Source: Octopus bimaculoides
Taxonomy: Eukaryota
Assembly: GCF_001194135.2 (NCBI RefSeq)
Contig: NC_068984.1
Location: 67,782,187-67,846,186, forward strand
DNA: 64,000 bases
Reading direction: 5' to 3'
This document shows, one piece after another, positions 13,640 to 25,905 of the stretch. The translations under genes were made by a program, and so were the position numbers. The notes beneath the pieces were generated by a model, which was given only the letters and a program-made list of their open reading frames with translations, was not told the origin of the DNA and searched no databases. Each line of letters starts with the position of its first letter. Within the stretch, counting starts at the first letter, position 1.

Positions 13640-14620
13640 AAACATAATGACACCTATCCCCGCTGTAGACTTCGTTGACTATTGTCTTCTTTGTGAAAAT
13701 CTTTTCTGCCTTTTGTTAGGGCTTATTCTTTACCCTGACCGGTACGAAACTGTCGACAAATTTCTGTTGGCTTATATGGTACAATTGCCTGGTAGAATCC
13801 GAATTAAATATCTCGGATTAAATACTTTAAGTTTATTTTGCTGCTAGTTAAAACGGTACTGTTTTGTATCAACATCTTCGACAGGCTAAGTGATGTTATA
13901 CCACTAGCATATCTTCTTACCAGCCATAAAAATTTAACAGCAATAATATCGTACTGAGAAAATAAACACGTTAGAAAAAAGCAGAAAAGTTGATGGAAAG
14001 ACTTATATGCAGTAAAAATCAACTGCAGATCGACGAAACTAATCGAATACTAAAGGAAGATTAAGAAGGGTCTAAGTGGTACATCTGATAACTAGAAAAC
14101 TATGGTCAGTATTCATAACACGTGGCTCTTGGAAATAATAGCCATCAGTAATGTAGCACATAACAAGACACTAGTCTTAATTCCATGTCGACGACGATAA
14201 ATAACTCCTTGAATCAATTTACTGTTAAGATTAGACATTATATTGCATTAGACATCTTAAGAAGCACTTTCAGATAGAAATATGAAAATGATAACCTCGA
14301 ACGAGGAATCTCACGCTCGTTTGAATTATTTGCCAGGTATCAGATATATGAACCAAAGTTTTACAAATGATGCTTAACTGAATGAAGAGCTTTAATTGGG
14401 ATAAAATAATTGTTACTATTTATCCCATTTAAATAATCAAGTACATGTATATTTATTGTAAATATAGAAGATTCTACAATATTCAGGTTGCTCTCAAGAG
14501 CATTATGTATGGAAGACAAAAGAAATGGCTTTAGCTTCTTATCTAATTTCATTCACCAGATGGATATACTTCTAGACTACAATCAAAAGAAAATATTACA
14601 ATACTTATTAGCCGCATAAA
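13640..14620 (+). pseudogene. Decayed LRR fragment (TLR-like)
   Basis: IKYLGLNTLSL, ELNISD*, AVKINCRSTKL, SNVAHNK, LNEEL*LG*NN and ILLDYNQ in mixed frames with many stops. Confidence 0.4.
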
Positions 14621-17183
14621 ATGAAATGTCTAAAGCGATAAACATTTTCTATTTTACATTGCAATTCATAGATATCTAATAGGGATGAATAGATCTTAAT
14701 GCATCAGTAACCCTTCAATTCTTTTCGCAATTTCACAGAATTTATGTAAATGTCTGTTATATATTCCCTTTTGTATAAATTAAATTGTAATGTTTAGAAA
14801 AATGTTTGATAGAGTTGTCTACTTTCTCAAGTTGGATATTCTGTTATTATCTTAAAAGTTTTCGTTGCAATATCATTCGGACATATAGGTGAAAATCAAG
14901 AAAACTGTGCTAACTTCCAGCATAATGTGATATGTTCCAGCAAGAAGAGTGGAACAAAAGACAAATAATTTATCAATTTAATTTACAATTAGAATTTGCA
15001 CCTGAATGTACATTCAGGTTTGCAATATAAATGACAATTGTCAGTGTCTCAAAACATATGTACACAACGGTGCTTCATAACGAACTATATAACATATAGT
15101 TTGTTATTATCACAATAATGATCATAGCATACCATTCATAATATTCTTATGGATACCAGGAGCACGAGAAGTTCCATGGATATATATAACCATCAATTTA
15201 ATAATAAATAATCTATTACTAACTTTGAGTCAACCGTATACACACGCGTTCATTTTGGTAAATAAATAGCGACATTTTAGCTGTCTACGAAAACATGACT
15301 GCATTTTTATAAATGTAGTTTAAACTGAAAACGACAATGTTCTAATTAAATTTTTGCTCAGAGGTATAAGCTATAAAAGTTATAACATAAACGATTATTC
15401 TTTCTTATTGGTCCTCTTTCACTATATACATACACATATAACATACACACACACACACATATATGTATGTGTGTATGCGTGTGTGTTTGTAGGATTCTGT
15501 ATGACTATATAACGAAAATAAATTAGATATAGATGTCTCAACAATAAAGTAAAGCGATTATAAGTACAACTTAATTCTTGTTTTACTATTTAATTTTATT
15601 ATTGAACAACCCAAAGAATTATGACATCAAATTTAAATTGGGTAATAAATAAGGCAATTATTCTGAAGCAACGGGTTCTCTGAAGCAATATAAATATTTC
15701 CTTTTATTCTTGGTATAAATTAATTTAATCAAGAGATTACTGACTCTGAGATATATTTATTTTTCTAGTATTGCTTTTTTTTCTTTCAGTTGTTGTCAGG
15801 CATTGTTTTTTATTGCCGTACAGGCACATACTAAATAAATTGCAGTATGACCTGCATGTATAAGAATATATGCATATGTAGTTTATATGCTAGATTATTC
15901 GTATTTTCTGTTTTATTTGAATAATATAAAACTTTAAAATTCTCATGATATATAACATGACGTTTCAGTGTGAGAAACACTATGGTGTATTCTCTCACCT
16001 ACACAAGAGCAGAAACATGAACATAAACAAATGAAAGAGCTGCTATTTAGTCACGCTATCTGCTTGAAATGGTTGTTAGTTATGTGTCACTGATATTAGA
16101 CAGAATTCTCTTAGAAAAGAAGGTAACATAATGCGATTCGTGGGTATTGTAATTGGGATAAAGACAAAATATTCCGGGCAGTAAACCTTCTGTAAATTTT
16201 CTCGGCCAAAGCTGAATTGTTAGTATGTAACAACACAAACTGGAATTTCTAGGATTGTAACGTTTACTAATACTGAGTTGTATATTAAGCAAATGGCTTT
16301 TGCTCTACTCTTAGGTTAAAGCACGTTGTGAAATTAGTTAATCGGCAAATATAGAAGCCTGTTAGATTACCAGCACTGCAAATCAAACGCCATCTTACTC
16401 ACACGCTCTCATAGTTCTTTCTGCTTGAACATTACGTTAGCATTGTAAATGTACGAGAAATAATCAACAACTTATTCTAGAATGCAATAAGCAAGTAGTT
16501 CACTTGATAGGAACAAATGAAATATTCATCATACAAACCGATGGAGATCCATACATAAATGTTCTTTCGAACAGCAAAGAAACAGAAGTAGGTGAATTCG
16601 ATGATGACGGGTATATTCAGTTTTTTTCTTAATATGGAATATTCCTACACATTTTAGAGCACATGTAAACATTTTCTACATTCATATACATTTATGAAGA
16701 TTTCATCCATCCAGTTACATAGTTTAAACAGTTCTATAAACATACAAATAAACTGTATGAAAGAGAAAATTGATGTTGATTAAACGCTATAAGTATGTCT
16801 CCGAATATTTTGCTCTTGTTTTATTTCGTTGATCTCTGATAATGATTATTAACCTAATCGATTTTCAGTCAGCAGTTGAAAAAATGTTTCAATCATACGT
16901 TAATAACAATGGTTGTCATTTTCCTTCTGTCTGAGATTATTTAATTTGTAGCACACGTACACAATTACCATTACTTCTGCTTACCATACATAGTTATAAT
17001 GATTCGACATTTGCCTTCAAATTGGCGCACATTGCTCATCACATGTCCCGCCTTTATATTTTACCAGATTTTATTTCCTATATATTTTACACTACATATT
17101 TTTACGCTTTGAGTGTGCACACAGGAGGTTTTGAATATACATACATAAACACACGCATACATTACTACTCATACACACACACA

Positions 17184-17229
<46 letters not shown>

Positions 17230-18217
17230 NNNNNNNNNNNNNNNNNNNNNNNNNNNNNNNNNNNNNNNNNNNNNNNNNNNNNNNNNNNNNNNNNNNNNNN
17301 NNNNNNNNNNNNNNNNNNNNNNNNNNNNNNNNNNNNNNNNNNNNNNNNNNNNNNNNNNNNNNNNNNNNNNNNNNNNNNNNNNNNNNNNNTATATGCATGC
17401 ATGTATATATGTATACACTTGTTAGAATTGCCATTACAAATGCCCTACAGCATTGCCTAACATGCTATTATAAATGATATACTATTTGCACTTATGCGTC
17501 ACTTTTCTGGAAAGTATATATCATGAAATGGATAATATAACAGATATCTCAGATAGTATCTTACTTCAATTTACGTAACTGCTGAGAGGATGAAATCTGT
17601 AGCAAACACCTAATGAGCAGCCAATATTATCAGGGAAGTAAAACTCGTCAGTATTTTACATTAGATTCGAGTAGAAGTAGCTAGGTGGTAGAATTTTGTT
17701 TTTCACCCTTTTTTGAATCGTACGGATTACACTAATCACATTGGATAGCAATTATCACGATCGATATAAAGTGTTTTTTTTTTTATTTTACGTGATTGGT
17801 TGTCTTCTCGTTGATTTACTGTTTTCAAAATATTTCACAACTATATATTATTTTGTCGTTATTGTAAATAAGGACAGAAAATCTACCTCTTTCAGTAATG
17901 ATTTTGCATCGTAATCTACTTGCCATTTTCCGATAAATTTTAAGTAGGTTTTTCGTTGTTGTTTTAAACTCGTACGTTTCTGAGCTACGGGAAGAACACT
18001 AAATTATCGATTACTGTTAACCTTGTTGGAAAAGGGACAAAACTTATCAGTGAATAGTTACAGTCAACTAATTCTGCTCAGTAGATATGTTTTTTCTTCA
18101 CAATGCAATGACGACTCACAAAATATGTTCTGGATTAAATAACCCCAATGCTATTTAATCCCTAAATGAAAAATTAATATCTAACCATATCACGATAAAT
18201 ACTCAAATAGCAGCTCT

Positions 18218-18500
18218 CAAGCGTTTTTATCATTCCAATCCACTTTATCATGACACTAAATAATTTAACTAACTGTGAGTTTTTTCTTGTTTAGCCGATA
18301 AATCATTTGTATTGGGAAGACATTATAGATTTTCTTGCTTCGAATCTCTTAGATTCTATTCAGTTAAATTGTATTTAGTACGGTACCATACAAAATATTG
18401 TTTTAGTAGAGTACGTTTTGAGCAACATTTGGCAGTTATTTCTAGCCAGTCTAGCTATGAAACAGAGGCTATCTTATTGAACTTGTATGCTTTCAATAGT
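18218..18500 (+). pseudogene. Decayed TIR domain (TLR-like)
   Basis: QAFLSFQS (box1, cf. YDAFLSYS), FIMTLNNL, FSCLADKSFVLG (box2, cf. LCLHDRDFVPG), a 1-nt frameshift to EDIIDFLASNL, then SRVRFEQHLA (cf. WCRFEFHLA) and EAILLNL. Confidence 0.7.
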
Positions 18501-18633
18501 TTGTGTTTCTGTAGTGGCAGATGCCCTGAAGCAAGTTGAAACTGAGACGCAGTTCTAATTCACGCTTGAAGCCATTTCACTTGAAATACTAAGAGAATAT
18601 ATCTTCTTATGCGAATGCGTGTATGTGTGTGAA

Positions 18634-18683
<50 letters not shown>

Positions 18684-19109
18684 TATACATATATGTGCGT
18701 ATATGTATAGAGAGAGATTTATGTTTATTATATGTGCATCTGTGGTTACATGCATATGTATGTAGGTGTGTATGAGTGAGAGTAAAGAAAAAAGATACGG
18801 CGTACCACTGTTAGTAGGAATGTGTGATTATTCCATCCAGGAATATTCCATTTGTTTATATTACTGAGCTCAAGTCCTTTTATTGGCTTCAGTTTTTAAT
18901 ATAAATCCACACAAGTTCATTCATGGTAAATACTTCACCTACGCATTCCACAAACGTCATTCATAGGCAAATCTTGCTATTAAATATATATAGTACATGT
19001 TAAGCTAACGAGGTTTTCTCTACGAGCTCTCACGATTAGCCCGAAATATCATATAAATCTCCTTCAAGCCTCATTATACCATCTGGGAAGAGAGGAGACA
19101 TTTATTTTT

Positions 19110-19174
<65 letters not shown>

Positions 19175-19213
19175 GGTGGTGGTGATGGTGGTGGTAGTGG
19201 TGGTGGCGGCGGC

Positions 19214-19276
<63 letters not shown>
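19110..19276. repeat. Compound trinucleotide microsatellite (TAG)n-(TGG)n-(CGG)-(TAG)n
   Basis: Directly visible. Confidence 0.95.
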
Positions 19277-19574
19277 TTACACAAGGCTTGTATACTTGAT
19301 GAAGTTATAGAAGTAATGATGATAGCAATAGATATCAAGGAACATGTTGTAGGCGTTTGTCAAAAGAAGGATACCAATAACTAACTAAATAAAGCTGGAA
19401 AATTACTTAATTCAGTAGTTATTCTAATGGAAAATTGGTAAGAAAACACGAACCATCCAAAATACAATATGAATTAAAAAATAAAATAAATAAATTTGAG
19501 ATACTATCACTTGTCAAAGTACTGAATGAATAAAATTTAGAAACAATTTTTTATATATATTTTCTAGAAATCTC

Positions 19575-21435
19575 AGTTTTTATCTATGGATCATTTTCCA
19601 TAAGTATTAGTAAGTCTTGACAGCTATACGTTGAAACAAATTCCCAAACCGTTACAGAAATGTATTTATTTGTCAAATAAGAGAAGAAATGTATCAATGT
19701 TTTTACAACGCAAATCGGAGCAACGATTTCAATTCTCAAGCATATGCCCCTATATCTGTAGCCGGAATGAAAAAACGCTTCTTTAAAATTTAATTCTAAC
19801 AACAAATAATGTGTGCTTAGGTATATTTGCATAATTTTAAACTTTAGAATTATTAACGTAAGTGAATGGTTTTGAATTCCGACTGTTATTGTTGGTTTAT
19901 GAATAATTAATCAAATTAATGATATGCAGATCAAGACAATATGTTATTCCCATGATGTTACTGTATTTAATCTCACGAGTAAATAACGATGGTTATCATT
20001 CACGAAGAAATTGATGATACTTAGTTGGAGCACTTGTGACGATTTATCACTTGGTTTTGATTAAGTTGAAAGGAATCAAGTGGAAACCAGATTCTGGATA
20101 ATTTAGTCAGGAGTAAAATATTTCAATTGCATACTATCGCTGAAGGCATTTTGCAGATGTATCTAGATTGGAAGAAATAATTCAAGCTGTTCTCTACTTC
20201 TCTGATAAAACATTAAACAGGACAGAGATTAACATTCTTGTTCAGGTTCATAAACTATGCTTTAAGATTCCTACTATAGCAGGTCTTTTCCGATTAGAAA
20301 CTGAATTTAGTAGTAACTTAATTTCAGGAGCACTTCTGGTATGTAATTTCTCATGTACACTATTCTCCGCAAGAACGAAATTAGATTTATAAAATTCGTT
20401 ACTAAAGATCAAAAGTGGAATCGACTGTTAGCTTTCTGATATCAGATATATACCTTCTGGAATTAGAAGGCTATATGTTTTCACTTATCAATTTCACTTA
20501 GCTGTAAACAATTCTGTTACGGAAACTCATTCCTGGTAATTTATACAGACTGTATGCCATGCGTGTGTCCGACTTCATTGTACGTCAAGTTTACTACCAT
20601 TTTTGTTTGCTAGAGGTTTCACAACAACGACATTTAACATAGAGCCGAAATAAAAATGTCCACGATTATCTACATATGTCTTCAGAACGGAAGCATCGGT
20701 AGGACATCGGATACATCAGGCTATAGAGTGTTTCTTTCTTTTAGTTTAGGTTCTGAGACTAAAATCTTACCAGAAGTGATTTGTCTTTCATCATTTTAGT
20801 GTAGATAAAAGAAACACAAGAAAAAGACGATCAGTCCTGTGGCCTTGTATTTGAGTTCAATGTATGTATATTTAATTTCGCCCCTTCTGTGTTAAAAACC
20901 CCCATGGTGATATTGATAGGAAGTAGCTAATAATAAAATGATAAAGTTAGTTTTATTGACTGATTCTTTCTTCAAAATTTCAGTTGTACAAAAGTTAGAC
21001 AACCCTAATTATCTAAATGCATTTATGAAGTCGATGGCTCATGTGAGGTTGACTCTTAGAAAATCCTTGATAAACTTTAGTTTGGTAGATTTTAAATATG
21101 AAGAAGAACAGTATTTTGTATGTGCACGACTTTCAACTGCTTATTATCCATTTAAATTGTGAAGAGGTAACCAAGAGTTTACCATGCATGTACATAAGAG
21201 TTAAATTTGTGTCATAAAAATGACAACATTTTATATAGTGGTGACATTTAGAAATGTCAAAGTTTACAACATTCTTCGTGTAGATGAGTAGACAAATAAC
21301 TTCTGGTTTGGAGGTTTTCAATAACTATTAAGTGAACCTCAAATGTGATTATATATCTTATAGGTCAACGATTAGAATCTATTTAATGACTATAACATTT
21401 TCTCCATTTTGCGCTGAATTTTAGAATACATCAAA
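19575..21435 (+). pseudogene. Decayed multiple-cysteine-cluster Toll-like receptor (LRRs, LRR-NT, LRRs, TIR)
   Basis: In order: SLDSYTLKQIPKPL, LHTIAEG(I)/FADVSRLEEI (~20127-20180), KIPTIAGLFRLETEFSSNLISG, TKLDL*NSLLKI, DIRYIPSG, TDCMPCVCPTS (20545-20577), YICLQNGSIG, PPW* (~20900); then TIR-like DFKYEEEQYFV, RGNQEFTMHVHK, TNNFWFGGFQ, NVIIYLI and IRIYLMTITF...EFLEYIKSNL*. No clear TM segment was recovered. Confidence 0.72.
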
Positions 21436-22039
21436 TCAAATCTATAGAATTCTACACTGATGTAAATACATTCCGTGCTAGAAATACATCTGTGTGAAGA
21501 AAAATACATAAAAAAACTATAACCAGCTTTATGGAATAGTTTATCTTGACATTTCAAAATATTTGAACTGTAAGTACAATTGACATTGGAAATGTAATAA
21601 ATGTTGTGCAAAGTTTGGATTTGCTTTGTTGGAAGGCTAACAGAAAAACTTTTAGGTTGAATTGTCAGTTAAAATATTCTCAGAAATATTGAATTAAGTC
21701 GGGGATCATACGACCGTATATATATAAGCGCATATAATAAAGTAAGTATGTTTATCATTCCAATACATGAATCACTGGAACGCTGCCACCAGTATATCAC
21801 TTGTAGACTGACTCAAAAAGAAACCAGAAATTCAATACGATAGTTTAAGCCTGTAGTTTTATTAATACGTATTCTTTGTAGGTAAAATATATACTGCAAA
21901 TGTTATCTTTATCTAATATATCCTAAATAATATTTACATTCGTTATGTATAATTTAATTTTTACCCTATACCTATAATGTGTCTTTGTAATTCTCGAATA
22001 TCTACGGAATAGTTATTTAGAAACCGATACAAACTATGT

Positions 22040-23400
22040 CATTCGATATAATCATTACCCTGCCCGTTGTAGTAATGTAATTTGCAAAGTCTCTTTACGC
22101 ATACACTATTCAAGGTAACAGACGAAATTAGAAGAATGTAAATCAGGATTCAACAATTTTGCGATGCACGTTTTTTTCCCGATATTATAAACGGTTTTTG
22201 GCCGCTAGTGACTTCTCGTAATTATATTGGCTTTATAACATTTATTAATCTTCTTTGTTTTGGTTGTGCGAACTATTATATTTTTGTAATTGTTTTAAGA
22301 ACAATGAAATCTCTACGTATCCACTAGATTTGTTAGATATAGCAGGTGAATGTCTTATTTTAATTCACACCCAACTATGTTCAAAATTCGCACCCTACTG
22401 TACACTTTGTAAGCCTCAAGCAGAGATGTCAGGGTTCGAACGCTTTTGATCATAGTACTGCTCAGTCAGCTAGGGCTGGGGCATGATACTTAATAACAGC
22501 AAAATCCAGAACAACTTCGTCTCAGATCTTAATGAAGTGGTAATGTCATTGCCAGTAATATGCTTTAGTATCTTTTAGTATCTTCTCTGGAAACTAGTTT
22601 TTATAAATAACCTCCGACTACTACTTTGACTGCGGCAGAATTCTTTTTACACGCTTCTACTTCATGCATTACGAAAATATCCTTTTCCAAGAATGTCCTT
22701 ACAATAAAAAAATATCCAGTACCAATATGCTTGTTCTTTACGAATAAATTTACTTCATTTCATTAGCATTAATTGCCTTCTGTTATTGAACGCGTATGTT
22801 TAGCGTAAAGAGCCCTTCAGAAATTCCCCTTTTTGTATTTCATTTGTAAACGGTTGCTCGATATAAACAATCATGTATCAGCTCAGTAAATTTCTCACGA
22901 ATTTTTAATTTACTTTTGTATTCATATTCTTAATTATTGTGTTTAAAATGCAACACCTCTGGCAAAAGATGAAAGTCAAATATTGTCCATCCATTGTCCA
23001 CCCAATAAATAATTACCCGGCAGCCGCTGGATTTTCATTAATAATACTGTTGATGCCATAGCAACAACAAGACTCACTGTTATTGTAACAATAGCTGCTT
23101 CACTTATTGGAACATATTAACCATTCTAGTTCTTAAATCGTTAGATGTGGTCAGCGACCCGACATGTATTGCCATTTAAGTCTCTTCGTTCTAAACAACA
23201 TGCTTTTATATTTCTTCCACTCCGCAAAAGGAACAAAATAAAACAATATACCCATCTCTATTTTGCAGAGAAATACTTTATAAATATGTTCCTTGTCAAT
23301 TTACATGAGACATTACCTTCAGCTTATTCTCGCTCCAAAACTATTGGTGTTGCGACTCTATGACGTAATGTTGTTGTGAAAGTATTTATCAATCGAATTT
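22040..23400 (+). pseudogene. Decayed Toll-like receptor (LRRs, LRR-CT, TM, TIR)
   Basis: FKNNEISTYP, QNNFVSDL, INNLRLLL*LRQNSFYTLL (~22603-22660), NSPFCIS, hydrophobic AAAGFSLIILL / LTVIVTIAASLIG (~23030-23110); ORF 23145-23363 carries KQHAFIF, HLYFAEKYF and SAYSRSKTIGV (cf. TIR AIxxSRKTIxV). Confidence 0.68.
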
Positions 23401-23595
23401 ATAAACTTGTATAAAGGAAGTAAGCAATAAATAATATTGTGATGTATGTATATGACCTGAAAATAGGATAGTCATGACTTTTGATCAAAATGCCAGCTCA
23501 GTTAAAACACCAACGTATTGACAACAGTCATTCAATCTCACAATTTATTCAGTCTATGTTATGAACCATTAATGATAATATTTTTTGTACTGTAG

Positions 23596-23790
23596 GTACA
23601 AAGCCTCAAATTTGTGGGTGTGGATAGGAGTCAGTCGATTACATCGAACCCAGTTCTCAACTGGTACTAATTTTATCGACACCAAAATAATGACAGGCAA
23701 AGTCGACTATGGCGTAATTTGAATTCAGAACGTATTAAGTTGGAAGAAATGCAGCTAAGTATTGTTCGATGCGCTAGGGATTCCGTCATC
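23596..23790 (-). mobile_element. tRNA-head SINE (second family)
   Basis: AGTCGATTACATCGAACCCAG..CTGGTACTAATTTTATCGAC..GGCAAAGTCGAC..TTTGAATTCAGAACG; reverse complement of the family seen at 62796-63003. Confidence 0.85.
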
Positions 23791-23989
23791 CCATCATTCC
23801 CATTTGGCGGCTACAAGCCAACAGTGTTTTGTGTTTGGTGTGTTTGATTTATATCAATAATGTAGTTCATGCACGTACTTGTGCCATTCACTCGGCGAAT
23901 GAACAGAGATATTTCTAAAAGATTTCTCGTTATATTTGGTTATCCATAGAGATCCGATGACGACAGCTATTCCCGTTGCAGTGAGATCT

Positions 23990-24190
23990 TTATTGAATGA
24001 ATTGTTCTATCCTCCACAAGCTCTATTGCATGGGAGGAGAGCATTTTAATGATGTGATGGGTTTAGTAACATTAGTGATGAAAAATTTCTGCGTCTATTC
24101 CAGTTCCTTTCTACAATTATTCAAGTTGTCTTTTATCTACATCTTAGTAATGCGAGACATGACCACTACTTTTTTATCGTCATAATGTTA
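23990..24190 (+). pseudogene. Decayed LRR fragment (TLR-like)
   Basis: ORF 23997-24185 contains HFNDVMGLVTLVMKN and SFLQLFKLSFIYILVMRD, with FxxLxxLxxLxM spacing. Confidence 0.4.
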
Positions 24191-24369
24191 GTATAATACG
24201 TGAATATTTCATAGAGTGGAAGGAATAAGATAGTTACTTGATAGCAACGCAGTACTTCAATGTTACTGTTGCAAACTCCAGCGAGGTTTCAATAATTAAC
24301 TGACACACATGTCATTAATATCAAGCTATCAAAATGTTTTGTTAGCAGCTCAAACAACTATAGTGAAGG

Positions 24370-24481
24370 AGAAGAAGAAGAAGAAGAAGAAGAAGAAGAA
24401 GAAGAAGAAGAAGAAGAAGAAGAAGAAGAAGAAGAAGAAGAAGAAGAAGAAGAAGAAGAAGAAGAAGAAGAGAAGAAGAAG
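24370..24481. repeat. (AAG)n microsatellite
   Basis: Directly visible. Confidence 0.95.
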
Positions 24482-25670
24482 ATATCATGACGATGAGGAG
24501 GAGGGGAGAAAGAGGCAGAATTTATTATATTTCGAAAAAGAATTTATGGCTGTTTAGAAATAGCTGGCTTATTATTTTCAGACTCACCTGTTTTATGCTG
24601 CACAACTTTCATAACTTTGATACTTCAGTTCTTTTATAGATAATATTTTCGAACCAGAGCAATGTAGTTACCCATACATATTGTTTTATGAACGCCACTT
24701 AGACCCACTTTTTAGCTTCCTTTTAGTCTCCTCATAAAAGAAGTGTATTAACATTTTATCGCTCTTACATATATAACTTTTGATTAGCTCAGACGCAAAT
24801 CACACTTCGTAAGTACTGAACATTCTTAATTTTTATCTCAGATTGATTTTCCGATCGGAATAAATTATACGAACGAAGAAAATTGAAAATGCTAGTTAAA
24901 AACTTCCTTGGTGATTTATTTAATCAATATTCAGGAAAGGAGATACTTGTTTCGCTTTATATATTTTTTCTTTGTATTTTGCGGTATCATTTTTATTAAA
25001 TTACTTAAAAGCATCCATTAAGAGATACCCGTTTCAACAACTACTTTTGCAACGATTCAGCAAGGGAGCCTTTACGTAACATGATAGAAATAACCTCCAA
25101 AATTCTCTCAAATTAGATTCTACTATCTAAAGACAAATTACATTGGATGGTGTAATCTGCAGCACACAATTCTTAGAAAAAAAAAAAAAGACAGGCTATT
25201 TAAAGCAACGAATGCGTTTGCATTTAACGTTTGCGCCATCGGAATTTAACTGTGACTGAGAACAACTTCACATCGTGTTTTCTACTCTTTTAGACAGAAC
25301 GACAGAAGAAAGAAGGCAAAAAGAAGAGCGAGAGAAGAAGAGAGAGGGAGAGAGAAAGACAGAGAGCTAAAATTTCCTCAGTGCGTTTTCACGCTTTTAG
25401 ACATTTACTATGTCCAGGGCATAACTACTTTCGTTTCTTACCTTACATGTAACAGATCTACAAGTATTACCTCAGAGATCACAACATCGTGACTGAGTTT
25501 TTCACTACGTCGCATATCGTATAACTGATTTAAGACACTCCAGAATTATCTTAAGGTAACGCTCTGTCGAGAATCCGAATGGCATCATGCTTGTATTCGT
25601 TTGACATGCGAAGCGAATAACTCTATCGAAAGATTAATCGATATTAGAGCTGAGCTATTTGTTTACATAT

Positions 25671-25905
<235 letters not shown>

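Noticed and set aside
13804-14230. Hydrophobic minus-strand reading resembling an MFS transporter loop (GVIYRRRHGIKTSVLL)
   Set aside because: It has several stops, no splice signals and no canonical motif A; it is better explained as the antisense of the + strand LRR remnant.
14995-15022. Short palindrome CCTGAATGTACATTCAGG
   Set aside because: An 18-bp palindrome with no associated structure; too short to interpret.
19584-19832. Minus-strand ORF with superficial TIR-like spacing (GICLRIEIVAPI..KTLIHF..QDLLILMEND)
   Set aside because: It lacks real box-1/box-2 motifs, and the + strand of the same bases gives LRR text collinear with the downstream + strand TLR remnant.
23052-23065. RFX X-box-like GATGCCATAGCAAC
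   Set aside because: It has one mismatch, no promoter context or downstream gene, and falls within the TM-coding remnant of a TLR copy.
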